Assembly: GCA_026770705.1 (NCBI GenBank)
Contig: JANJGN010000010.1
Location: 41,168,001-41,232,000 of the forward strand
Reading direction: 5' to 3'
DNA from: Isurus oxyrinchus
Taxonomy: Eukaryota
DNA: 64,000 nt
A program made the translations under genes and the position numbers. Under the pieces are notes generated by a model. It was not told the origin of the DNA. It was given only the letters and a program-made list of their open reading frames with translations, and did no database searches. Positions 13,859 to 25,907 of this stretch are shown here, one piece after another. Each line of letters begins with the position of its first letter. The stretch's first letter is position 1.

Positions 13859-13963
13859 ATTTCAAAACCAAGCAGCAAAGTCCTTAGCTTTGGAAAGAGG
13901 GAGCAGTCAAGCAAGAGGAACCCGAATGCACCGGTTGTGGTTAGAGGATGGCTTTACAAACAG
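13859..13963 (+). CDS. PLEKHA7: PLEKHA7 coding exon, start of PH domain (ISKPSSKVLSFGKREQSSKRNPNAPVVVRGWLYKQ)
   Basis: ctaatcAG acceptor and CAG|GTacag donor; 105 nt, phase 0/0. Translation matches the recalled PLEKHA7 segment SSKVHSFGKRDQAIRRNPNVPVVVRGWLHKQ. Confidence 0.93.
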
Positions 13964-14339
13964 GTACAGCACTGTGCATGCTTATTGTGATAACTACCAG
14001 TAATTATTTGACAACAAATGCCACAGAGTGCACAGTGACAGACTTAAATAGTGATCAAGTTAGCGAGAAAAGCTAGATCCAATGCGTTGCAATTTCTTCT
14101 TCTCTTCATCTCACTTTGCCACCCTCCCACCCCCCTCAACCAAACAACCCATCTCAAAGAAACTCATGTTTGATTAACTGTGCAATGCCTAGGCACAGAC
14201 ATGTCCACTGTGGCCGGATATTTGAAATTAAAATTCAAAATAATAGGTCTCAATGGGAAAGGAAGTAAAGACCAAATTATCTCTTTTAAGAACATGATTT
14301 AGAGCATGCAGGTATTTGAGGAATACCTAGGCGAACATT

Positions 14340-15512
14340 AAATCCTGGAAATAGTAAAACATCCCATGGCAGTTCACATGAGCATTATAAAGCAAAATTT
14401 GACACCAAATAGTGATATAAGGAGACATTGGGGCAGATGACCAAAGGCTTGGTCAAAGAGTTAGGTTTTAAGGAGTGATTTAAAGGAGGCAAAAGAGGGG
14501 AATTCCACAGCTTGTAGTTTAGGCAGCTGGAGACAGAGCCACCAATGGTGGAGCGGTTAAAATTGGGGCTGCTGAAGGACCCAGAATTAGAGGAGCGCAC
14601 GTCTCTCAGCGGCTGGTGACATTGGAGAAGATTTAGGGATAGCGTCTGCAAAGCAATGGCAGGATTTTCAAATAAAGATGAGAATGTAAAAATCGAGGCA
14701 TTGCTTAATCCAGAGCCAATATAAATCTCAATTTCAGGGTGATGGATGAACAGGATTGGTGTGAATTAGGAGATAACAGCTTTGGATGTCCTCAAGTTTA
14801 TGGGGGGTAGAACATGGGAGATGTTCTGGACTGTGTTGAAATATTCAAGACTCTGGGTGAGAAAGGCATGGATGAGGACTTTAGCAGCAGATGGGTTGAA
14901 GCAGAGGCAGAGTTGGCTGAGGTTATGGAGGTGGAAACAATGGTTTTTGTTGTCAGAAGCTCATCCTGGGGTCCAATACAACACCAAGATTGTGAACAGT
15001 TTGATTCAGCCTCCGTTACCAGGGAGCAGGATGGAGTTTGTGGCTGGGGAATGGAATTTGTAGCAGGGGCCGAATACAAAGTCTTTTGGTATTTAATATT
15101 TAAGTGTATGAAATTTCTGCTCATCCAGTACCGGAAGTCAGATAAGCAATTTGATAATTTAATGGCAATGGAGGAGAGGCAATAGGTAGAGCTGGATGTT
15201 GTCAGCAGACTAATGCAGTGTTTTTGGATTGATGATGATGTCGGGGGTTGGCATGCAGTTGAGAAATAAGATTTGGCCAAGGATAAACTCTTGGGGGTAA
15301 AGGTGTGGGAGAAAACAGAGAAGCCATTTTAAGTGATTTTCTGGCTGATTAAAGAGATAAGAATGGAACCAGGTGCGTGCAGTCCCACCCAGCTGGCCAA
15401 CCATGGAGAGGCATTGGAGAAGGATGGTCTTGTTAACCGTGTCAGAAACGACAGACAGGTCGAGCAAGGCGAGGACTGATAGTTTACCTTTGTTACAGTC
15501 GCATAGGATGCC
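14340..15512 (-). mobile_element. L2 LINE 3' portion, decayed
   Basis: Minus-strand peptides LALLDLSVVSDTVN, WFHSYL, LSNCLSDFRYWMSRN and IGGS..SCL..KLWNS are L2 RT and C-terminal motifs. Confidence 0.85.
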
Positions 15513-15518
15513 GTTGGC

Positions 15519-18500
15519 ACCTCTCGTGCGCGCAGCTGCATGCTCCCCCTCTCTCTCGAACCCACGTGCTCCCTCTCTCACGCGCACGTCCACTCGCCCG
15601 CTCTCCCTCTCTCGCATGCGTGTCCCCTTGCCCACTCCCCCTCTCTCGCATGCGCTCTGTCCCCCCTCTTGCTCACACCTGCTCTCCCCCCTCTCATGTG
15701 CGCACTCTCTCCACCTCTCTCTCTCTCTCTCTCGTGCATGCTCTCTGCCCCTCTCTTGTGCATGCACGTGCTCTCCACTCCTCTCTCGCGCATGCACGCG
15801 CTCTCCACTCCTCTCTCGCGCACGCATGCGCTCTCCACTCCTCTCTCGCGCACGCATGCGCTCTCCACTCCTCTCTCACGCACGCGCGCGCTCTCTCCAC
15901 TCCTCTCTCTCATGCACGCGCGCTCACTTCACCTCTCTCTCGCGCACGCTCACTCCACCTCTCGCGCGCGCTCACTCCACCTCTCTCATGCACGCTCACT
16001 CCACCACACTCTCTCGCGCATGCGCTCACTTGTCTCTCTTGCGCACGCTCACTCCACCTCTCATGTGCGCTCTCTCCACCTCTCTCATGTGCGCTCTCTC
16101 CACCTCTCTCATGTGCGCTCTCTCCACCCCTCTCTCTCGCGCACGCGCTCTCCACCTCTCTCACGCGCGCTCTCTCCACCCCTCTCTCTTGCGCGCGCTC
16201 TCTCCACCTCCCTCTCTCTCGCGTGCGCTCTCTCCACCTCCCTCTCTCTCGCGTGCGCGATCACTCCACGTCTCTCGCGTGCGCTCTCTCCACCCCTCTC
16301 ATGCATGCGCGCGCACGCTCAATTCACCTCTCTCTGTCTCATGCGTGCTCATTCCACTTCTCTCGCGCGCACTCACTCTACCTCTCACTCTCTTGCGCAC
16401 GCTCTCACCACATCTCTCTCTCTCGCACGCTCTCCACCTCTCTCGTGCGCTCTCTCCAGCCCTGTCTTGCGAACGCGTGTGCTCTCTCCACCCCTCTCTT
16501 GCGCATGCACTCACTTCACCTCTCTCTCGCGTGCGTGCACTCACTCCACCTCTCATGCGCGCGCGCTCTCCACCTCTCTCTCGCGCGCACTCTCTCCACC
16601 TGTCTCTCGCACACGCGTGCGTTCTCTCCACCCCTCTCTCGCGCAGGCGCACGCTCTCTCCACCCCTCTCATGCACGCGCGCGCATGCTCAATTCACCAC
16701 TATTTGTCTCTCGCGCGCTCCTTCCACCTCTCTTGCGTGTGCTCACTCCACCTCTCACACTCTTGCATGCACTCTCTCCACGTCTCTCTCGCGCGCGCTC
16801 TCTCCAGCCCTCTCTTGCGTATGCATGCGCTCTCTCCACCCCTCTCTCGCGCATGCGCTCACTTCACCTCTCTCACATGTGTGCACTCACTCCACTTCTC
16901 ATGCGCGCGCGCGCGCGCTCTCCACCTCTCTCCACTCTCTCCACCTGTCTCTCACACACGCGCGCGTTCTCTCCACCCCTCTCTCTCGTGCACACGCGCT
17001 CAAGCCACCTCTCGCGCCGCGCGCTTTCTCCACCACTCTCTCGTGTGCCCTCTATCTTCACCCCTCTCTCGCGTGCGCGCTCACTTCACCTCTCACGCGC
17101 GCTCACTCCACCTCTCATGCGTGCGCTCTTCCCACCCCTCTCTCACACGCGTGCTCTCCCCACCTCTCTCTCCCACGCACGCTCTCCCCGCCCCTCTCTC
17201 TCTCGCGCGCAGCGCGCACGCTCACCCTGCCGTTCTCTCTCCCGCGCGCGCGCTCTCTCCGCCTCTCTCTCTCGCGTGCACTCTCCCCACCCCTCTCTCT
17301 CCCACGCGCTCTCCATGCCCCCCTCTCTCTCGCGCGCGTGCTCTCTCCGCCTCTCTCTCGCGCGCGTGCTCTCTCCGCCTCTCTCGCGCGCAGCGCTCTC
17401 TCCGCTCCTCTCTCGCGCGCGCTCTCTCCGCTCCTCTCTCTCGCGCCATGCTCTCTCCGCCCCTCCCTCTCTCATGCACTCGTTCTCTCCGCCCCTCCCT
17501 CGCGCCCCCGCTCTCTCCGACCCTCTCTTGCGCCCACGCTCTCTCTGCCCCTCTCTCACGCCCGCGCTCTCTGTCCCTCTCTCGCGCCCGCGCGCTCTGT
17601 CCCTCTCTCGCGCGCGCGCTCTCTGCACCCCTCTTGCGCGCGCGCTCTCTGCACCCTCTTGCGCGCGCGCTCTCTGCACCCTCTTGCGCGCGCGCTCTCT
17701 GCACCCCTCTTGCGCGCGCGCTCTCTGCACCCCTCTTGCGCGCGCGCTCTCTGCACCCCTCTTGCGCGCGCGCTCTCTGCACCCCTCTTGCGCGCGCGCT
17801 CTCTGCACCCCTCTTGCGCGCGCGCTCTCTGCACCCCTCTTGCGCGCGCGCTCTCTGCACCCCTCTTGCGCGCGCGCTCTCTGCACCCCTCTTGCGCGCG
17901 CGCGCTCTCTCCACCCCTCTTGCGCGCGCGCGCTCTCTCCACCCCTCTTGCGCGCGCGCGCGCTCTCTCCACCCCTCTTGCGCGCGCGCTCTCTCTCCAC
18001 CCCTCTTGCGCGCGCGCTCTCTCTCCACCCCTCTTGCGCGCGCGCGCTCTCTCCACCCCTCTTGCGCGCGCGCGCTCTCTCCACCCCTCTTGCGCGCGCG
18101 CGCTCTCTCCACCCCTCTTGCGCGCGCGCGCTCTCTCCACCCCTCTTGCGCGCGCGCGCTCTCTCCACCCCTCTTGCGCGCGCGCGCTCTCTCCACCCCT
18201 CTTGCGCGCGCGCGCTCTCTCCACCCCTCTTGCGCGCGCGCGCTCTCTCCACCCCTCTTGCGCGCGCGCGCTCTCTCCACCCCTCTTGCGCGCGCGCGCT
18301 CTCTCCACCCCTCTTGCGCGCGCGCGCTCTCTCCACCCCTCTTGCGCGCGCGCGCTCTCTCCACCCCTCTTGCGCGCGCGCGCTCTCTCCACCCCTCTTG
18401 CGCGCGCGCGCTCTCTCCACCCCTCTTGCGCGCGCGCGCTCTCTCCACCCCTCTTGCGCGCGCGCGCTCTCTCCACCCCTCTTGCGCGCGCGCGCGCTCT

Positions 18501-21120
18501 CTCCACCCCTCTTGCGCGCGCGCGCTCTCTCCACCCCTCTTGCGCGCGCGCGCTCTCTCCACCCCTCTTGCGCGCGCGCGCTCTCTCCACCCCTCTTGCG
18601 CGCGCGCGCTCTCTCCACCCCTCTTGCGCGCGCGCGCTCTCTCCACCCCTCTTGCGCGCGCGCGCTCTCTCCACCCCTCTTGCGCGCGCGCGCTCTCTCC
18701 ACCCCTCTTGCGCGCGCGCGCTCTCTCCACCCCTCTTGCGCGCGCGCGCTCTCTCCACCCCTCTTGCGCGCGCGCGCTCTCTCCACCCCTCTTGCGCGCG
18801 CGCGCTCTCTCCACCCCTCTTGCGCGCGCGCGCTCTCTCCACCCCTCTTGCGCGCGCGCTCTCTCTCCACCCCTCTTGCGCGCGCGCGCTCTCTCCACCC
18901 CTCTTGCGCGCGCGCGCTCTCTCCACCCCTCTTGCGCGCGCGCGCTCTCTCCACCCCTCTTGCGCGCGCGCGCTCTCTCCACCCCTCTTGCGCGCGCGCG
19001 CTCTCTCCACCCCTCTTGCGCGCGCGCGCTCTCTCTCTCCACCCCTCTTGCGCGCGCGCTCTCTCTCTCTCCACCCCTCTTGCGCGCGCGCTCTCTCTCC
19101 ACCCCTCTTGCGCGCGCGCGCTCTCTCTCCACCCCTCTTGCGCGCGCGCGCGCGCTCTCCACCCCTCTTGCGCGCGCGCGCGCGCGCGCTCTCCACCCCT
19201 CTTGCGCGCGCGCGCGCGCGCTCTCCACCCCTCTTGCGCGCGCGCGCGCGCGCTCTCCACCCCTCTTGCGCGCGCGCGCGCGCTCTCCACCCCTCTTGCG
19301 CGCGCGCGCGCGCTCTCCACCCCTCTTGCGCGCGCGCGCGCGCGCTCTCCACCCCTCGCGCGCGCGCGCGCTCTCCACCCCTCTTGCGCGCGCGCGCGCT
19401 CTCCACCCCTCTTGCGCGCGCGCGCGCGCTCTCCACCCCTCTTGCGCGCGCGCGCGCGCTCTCCACCCCTCTTGCGCGCGCGCGCGCGCTCTCCACCCCT
19501 CTTGCGCGCGCGCGCTCTCTCCACCCCTCCCCCTCGCGCGTTCTCTCCACCCCTCCCCCTCGCACACGCGCGCTCTCTTCACCTCTCTCCCTCGCACACG
19601 CGCGCTCTCTTCACCTCTCTCACGCATGCGCTCACTCCAACTCTCTTTCGCGCGCGAACTCACTTAATCTCTCGCGCGCGCTCACTCCGCCTCTCTCTCG
19701 CACACGTTCTCTCCGCCCCTATCTCGCACGCACGCTGTCTCCTCCCCTCTCTCACTTGTGTGCTTGCGAGAGAGGCGGAGTGCGCGCGCGCTCGGGAGAG
19801 AGGCGGAGTGCGCGCGCGCTCGGGAGAGAGGCGGAGTGCGCGCGCGCTCGGGAGAGAGGCGGAGTGCGCGCGCGCTCGGGAGAGAGGCGGAGTGCGCGCG
19901 CGCTCGGGAGAGAGGCGGAGTGCGCGCGCGCTCGGGAGAGAGGCGGAGTGCGCGCGCGCTCGGGAGAGAGGCGGAGTGCGCGCGCGCTCGGGAGAGAGGC
20001 GGAGTGCGCGCGCGCTCGGGAGAGAGGCGGAGTGCGCGCGCGCTCGGGAGAGAGGCGGAGTGCGCGCGCGCTCGGGAGAGAGGCGGAGTGCGCGCGCGCT
20101 CGGGAGAGAGGCGGAGTGCGCGCGCGCTCACTTTTCCTCACTCACTCGTGCACGCGCGCTCACTTTTCCTCACTCACTCGTGCACGCGCGCTCACTCCGC
20201 CCCTCTCTTGCGCGCACTCTCTCCGCCTCACAGCTCCCGTGGCGCTCTCTCCCCGCCCCCCCCGCGCCCGCTCTCTCCCCGGCCCCCCCCGCGCCCGCTC
20301 TCTCCCCGGCCCCCCCCGCGCCCGCGCCCGCTCTCTCCCCAGCCCCCCCCGTGCCCGCTCTCTCCCCGCCCCCCCCGCGCCCGCTCTCTCCCCAGCCCCC
20401 CCCCCGCGCCCGCTCTCTCCCCGCCCCCCCCGCGCCCGCTCTCTCCCCGGCCCCCCCACGCATGCTCTCTCCGCTCCCTCTCTCTCGCCCGCTCGCTCTC
20501 TCCGCCCCTCTCCCCGCATGCGCGCTCTCTCCACCTCCTCTCTCCTGCCCGCGTGCACTCTCTGCCCGCCCCCCGTGCCCGCTCTCTGCCCGCCCCCATG
20601 TGCCCGCTCTCTGCCCACGCCCGCTCTCTCTATCTCCGCCTCCCCCCGCGCCCGCTCTCTCTATCTCCGCCTCCCGCCCGCGCCCGCACGTGCTGTCTCC
20701 GCCTCCCACCTACACCCGCGCACTCTCCACCCCTCTCTCGCACACACACACGCGCTTTCTCCACCCCTCTCTCTCTCTCTTGTGTGCGAGCTCTCTCCAC
20801 CTCTCTCTCACGCGAGCGCTCTCTCCACCTCTCTCACAAACGCTCTCTCCACCTCTCTCTCTCTCGCACGCGCTCTCTCCACCTCTCTCTCACGCGTGCT
20901 CTTTCCACCTCTCTCTCTTGCGCGCGCGCTCTCTCCACCTATCACGTGCGCGCTCTCTCCACCCCACTCTCGCGCGCGCTCTCCCTACCCCACTCTCGCG
21001 CGTGCTTTCTCCACCCCACTCTCCCTCGCGCGCTCTCTCCACCCCTCTCCCGCGCGCGAGCTCTCTCCACCTCCCGCGTGTGGCACTCTCTTCAGCTCCT
21101 GCGCGTGCACTCTCTACCCC
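15519..21120. repeat. 5.6-kb CpG-rich compound satellite built from (CT)n, (CG)n and CCACC
   Basis: Degenerate flanks around a homogeneous core (~17614-19526) of 26-28-bp units, e.g. CTCTCCACCCCTCTTGCGCGCGCGCGCT. Confidence 0.97.
19768..20129 (-). repeat. Perfect 28-bp tandem array (~13 copies) in opposite polarity to the surrounding satellite
   Basis: GAGAGAGGCGGAGTGCGCGCGCGCTCGG repeated identically 12 times plus a partial copy. Confidence 0.95.
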
Positions 21121-21437
21121 GCATGGAGCATGCTTGCGGGCCTGATTCTGGCCTGTGGGCCTCCTCTTGGACAGCTTCAATTATATCTACTCCTTTGTTG
21201 TTTCCTCACCGCCCTGCAACATATTCCCTTTCAGGTCTGTGTGGTCATATGTATAAGTTTTATGTATATAATTTCATCCTGAACTGTATTGTTGAATTTG
21301 TTCATACTATCTATCCTTCCGTGTAGTGCATTCTAGATCATAAACAACGTACCACATAAAAACGATTCTTGCCATTTCTCTCTATGGTTCTTAATTATGT
21401 TAAAAATGTGCTCCTCTGATGGAAATAATTTCTGTCC

Positions 21438-21580
21438 TGAAAGACAGGACTTTCAACATTCTCTCTGTGTACTACACTGAAGTGTCAGCCTAAATTCTGT
21501 TCTCAAACCTCTGAAGTGGGGCTTGAACCCACAGCCTCCTGACTCAATTAAGAGTGCTTCCACTGAGCAAAGTCTGAGTG
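21438..21580 (-). mobile_element. Deu-type SINE 5' (tRNA-derived head) fragment
   Basis: ggggcttgaacccac is the reverse complement of a B-box-like GTGGGTTCAAGCCCC; actacactgaagtgtcagcctaa resembles SacSINE1/AmnSINE sequence. Confidence 0.55.
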
Positions 21581-23986
21581 ATCATAATTCACATTCCTGC
21601 CTGTCAAGATATGCAGTATCTTGATCGTGCTGTCCAGCGCTTGTAAGAGAACATAATTTGGCGTCTAATCATTCTTTGCCTGCTATTGCAAATAAAGCAT
21701 GTTATCGTTGTGTGAATTAGCACAATGCAGCATATATTAAAGTAACAACAAAGGGAAAGTCAGCATGTTAGATCATTTGGATAATTTTGTCATTTTGGGT
21801 TAACCTTCATTTAAATGTGTGCTACAAAAGGACTTTTTATAAATTCAAATAAACCTTTCTATAGTCATTTTGCACATTGGAAGGTGGGTGGCCATTGGCA
21901 TATAAGCCAAAAGAAAACTCAGATAAATTTTCCTAATGATTGATCATAGTTATCGGGATGATATTTGTTTGCAGAATGGGGCAAAATCTCAAGAACAGGT
22001 AGGGGATTGGTGTGATGGCAATGGTCTTGTGATACTGATGTGTCTGAATCACTGGAATTCAATCAGAAGGGAGAAAAGCCTCATTTCAGCATAACATCCT
22101 TTGGGGAAAGGATTGCTGCTGAGACTCCAACTCACCTAAAATCATTGAAAAAGTATCCATGTCCACATGCCTTAATCAGTCAGTTAGACGGTGCAGTAGA
22201 GCTAAACCTATCATTTCACAGGAGTGCTGTGGTCTCCATTATGCTTAGAGATTGGAAACAAATTGTATTAGCTTACAATAACCTGAGATTTAACAGAATG
22301 GTGGAAAATTATTGGAAATCTTTACCTGAGATTAGTATTTCTTCAACGGATTGTTGCTACTACTCAAACATAGCTGAGTGGGGGTTGGGAGTTGCGAGTG
22401 GCGATGGAGTTGGTTAAGTACTGAACCAATGAATTCCAACAAAATCTGCTTAACTGGAAGGTGCAATATAACTAGCAATATTTAGTTTGGGTGCTTCATT
22501 CTTCACTGTCGGAAGTAATTGTGTTACTAAGAAGCCAAGCAAGTAAAAGCTCAAATCAATTGAAGTTCCCATTAACATTGATGTGTTCTAGTTTCAGGTT
22601 GCATTTCTCTTTGTCTCTTCATTGTGCTTTTTAGGAACCTAATTTGAGGTCTGGATTTTGCAGATTTTTATTCTATGAATATTAAATCTGTATTGATGTT
22701 TGCAAGATTCCATTGAGACTGCTGTTTAAAGTAAGAGTCATTTTAAGGAAGAATTTGATTGAAGGAATAGGCAAGTCTGTTGTGTTAATGATTGCATGTT
22801 CACCTCCGATACTCCTAGGGCTGTTCTATTGCACTGTTTGATTTGCACTAACTATAGTACAACTGCACCTAGAAATCAGTGCAGTGAAGGTTTTCTCTAT
22901 GGGTCTTCAGTGAAACTAGTTTGGGCAGAATCCATATGAGATGGTCTAGTCAATATAGATTCATATCACAGAGCTTATTTTAAATAGGCACCAGTTGGTT
23001 CTAAATTGAGTGTTCCTTCAGGAAATTATGAGCGTAAATATTTTACAACATTGAAAATGTCACAGTGAGATTGGATTGAGACATGATAAAGAAAACTCAT
23101 CCTTTTTTCTGCTTCAGGCGTTACAAAGCCAAGAAGGGCTCATGCTCAATATTATAATTGGCTAATGAAAAGTTCCATTTGTGTGAATGAAGAGCAGGTA
23201 CAGGAATTTGATGCTCATAATATTTCATATAGGTCAATGGAATAAGTGGTACACATATTGGATTAAATCTTCCTGAAAAAAGTAAGTATTTTATTGAAGC
23301 ACACCCCTTTAATGGAAAATCAGCAAGCAATTTCAGGGGATTAAGAGATACCAAATGAGTTTTAGATGTCCGGAACTTGCTGGTCAGTTTCTGCTGTTAA
23401 CTCCGCACATACAGCATCCCACTCTTAGCCTCCCCATTATTTTTTAAGAACCTGCTGGATTTGCACAATAATTGTCCATTAAAGCCACTACAGCATGTTA
23501 GGCTGCATAATCATGTAAACACCCTTTTAATGATGTGATAACGATTAATGCACTATCTATCAATCTCTCCAGCCCAGAGAGGAAAACCTTTAAACTGTTC
23601 AGTCTCATTGCTGCACGTAGTAAATTATTATTAGAGATGTAAAATGTCCATTTTTTTTTTAAGTTTCTTTTCCTCTGTTTCTTTTTCCTCACTTCTCTTC
23701 CTCTAATCTTTCTTCCCTTCCTTTTTTTTGTACCTCATTTGACTAATTCACCCCCTTCCGTCATTCCTGTCTTTTTTCTCAATCTTTGTATCTTTTTAAC
23801 CAATGAGATTTACTGTTAGTCCTACTATTCACTAAAGTCCCAGATGCACCATTGCCCTCACCACTTCCAGGAAGTTACTACATAAAAAAAGTTCAAACTG
23901 TAGGGTGCAGCAAAAAGTTTTGTAACACCCTACAGCAAAAGCTTCCTCGCTCCAGTAAGATTCAGCCCGATATGTAGTGACACCTT

Positions 23987-24708
23987 AGACCAGAATTTAC
24001 TAATGGCAGTGGACAAATGGCATTTGCCATTCACTAAACTTGTCATTGCCCATTTAATTTCGATGAGCTTTTGGACGGCAAGTTTCTGTAAGTCAGGGAT
24101 AAATGGTGCAGCATATGGAATGTAAGTCAACAGGGTAAGCAACTGTGTATCATCCTTAATGATCAGATTGAGACATTATCAATGCACAACTCAGAGTCTG
24201 AACCAGAAAATGCAAGTTAAAATGATGAACGTCAGATCAGGTACAGGAAACAAAATAGGGGAAAAGAAAGATTGGGTTAAGAGAGGGAGAAAAAAAGACA
24301 AAGATAAGGTTAAAAAAAATACTGTTTAAAAAATATCCTCTGCAGCCATTAAAGGAATGGAGTGAGAGTTCAGAGTTGTAAACGGTAATTTTCAGTCTTG
24401 TTATTTAGCAATAATTAAGACTTATTACACAGTTAAAATGAGTACTTAAATTGAAACGGACAAGGCTGGGACTTTGATTCTAGTTTAGTTTTTCTCTACC
24501 ATGCAAATACTTGCATCTGAATTGAACCAGGCAGCAAGATTCCGTCTTTGGGAAGTTATCAGCACAGCAGCGCATTTCCAACCACAAATTCTGGATTTTT
24601 CCGTTTAATCACACATCTCTGCTCATCTGAAGTTGATGTATGACTTGTGAAGTAATGATGGCAAGTGTCATTTAGCCTCACCGTTATTTTAACGGTAAGT
24701 TCTGGCCC
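23987..24708. mobile_element. Old non-autonomous DNA transposon (Harbinger-like TIRs)
   Basis: Left AGACCAGAATTTAC versus right GGTAAGTTCTGGCCC (reverse complement GGGCCAGAACTTACC). Confidence 0.5.
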
Positions 24709-25834
24709 AATTGAAAATATCTGTAACTGCTCCATTTAGTCTCATGCACCTTCTAAGTGGAAGTCTTTGGCTGCCTGAAATGTGTGGCTTTTAAAACTGT
24801 TGAAGGTATGCAGAACCTGCAAGTTTCTGTTTGATTTGGTGTTCTTTACTTAGGCCAAGCTCTATGCAGTGTAGATGTAGCTCACAGCCCTTGTTATTCT
24901 TTTAGTGCTTGAAACAAACAAATGCTGTATTGAGCAAGATTGAGATTCCTGCCAACTACAGCTTTGAAACATTGGTGGTCACTTAGGGAGAATGGACAAT
25001 AGCTTGGATAAAAAAAGATTGATGTTATAAATTAGTGTACAATTTATCTGTTAGGATGTTGTTTACTTTTTAACACTTGTGCAAAATGTATAGCACAATA
25101 GTACACTAACCACTGCATGATTGCACTATTGTTTAGTGCTAGCAAAATTACATCAGTCACGCTGCAACAAAATATTTATTTCCTCTGATCAGACGATGGG
25201 GTGTCATGAATTTGCTTGTTTGTAAAACTTGTAATTTATATTCACTGCATTGCAATATCTGAAACTGTTCAGGGGGTGATAAATCAGCATAAATTATGCA
25301 TCTATCACACAAAATCACATTAATACTGCAAATTGCAGATAGGATGGCATTCTAAATTTTTGGGATGAAGTCATAAAATAGTGGAAAACATGGCAAGTCT
25401 ATCAGCCTCTTAAAAAGGATTTTGATCCTGTTCTTCTGTTTTTTTTATTTTGGTGCTATATTTTAACATACTTATTAACATATTTGAAATTTTTACCTAT
25501 TGTCCCCTCTCTTTTTCAGTCCTATAATGTCATCTGCCTTCCTTTTACAGATTTGGCGAAGACTGCACTTGAAACATTAACTTGTCTATCCTTTAATCGA
25601 TCTGTTATCTATTTCCTGCATTTTCTTTCTTATTTCAGATTTTCATCCTTGTTACCTTGTTTAAATCACTCGCCATTATTTTGTTATGTTAGCACAATCT
25701 GGACTCTCAACTACATTTTACTTAACTTCCAGCTGCTGTTATAATCTCTGTTATGTTGCAGGGATATCAACACCCTTGTGGTGTTCATTAAAGCCACTCT
25801 GACTTGATGGATGATTGTTTGTTTGTACTTATAG

Positions 25835-25907
25835 GACAGTTCTGGAATGAGGCTGTGGAAACGTCGGTGGTTTGCACTCTCTGAATATTGCCTGTTCTAT
25901 TACAAAG
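25835..25907 (+). CDS. PLEKHA7: PLEKHA7 coding exon, PH domain (DSSGMRLWKRRWFALSEYCLFYYK)
   Basis: ttatAG acceptor and AAG|GTGAGT donor; 73 nt, phase 0/1. Canonical PH motif WKRRWF. Confidence 0.95.

Noticed and set aside
17614-20129. 28-bp repeats as a CRISPR array
   Set aside because: Head-to-tail tandem units with no unique spacers, no cas genes and a eukaryotic context.
15373-21326. Giant ORFs (up to 1969 aa) rich in R/A/L/S/P/E on both strands
   Set aside because: They are open in nearly all frames because the CT/CG satellite cannot form stop codons. There is no domain content and they lie in an intron.
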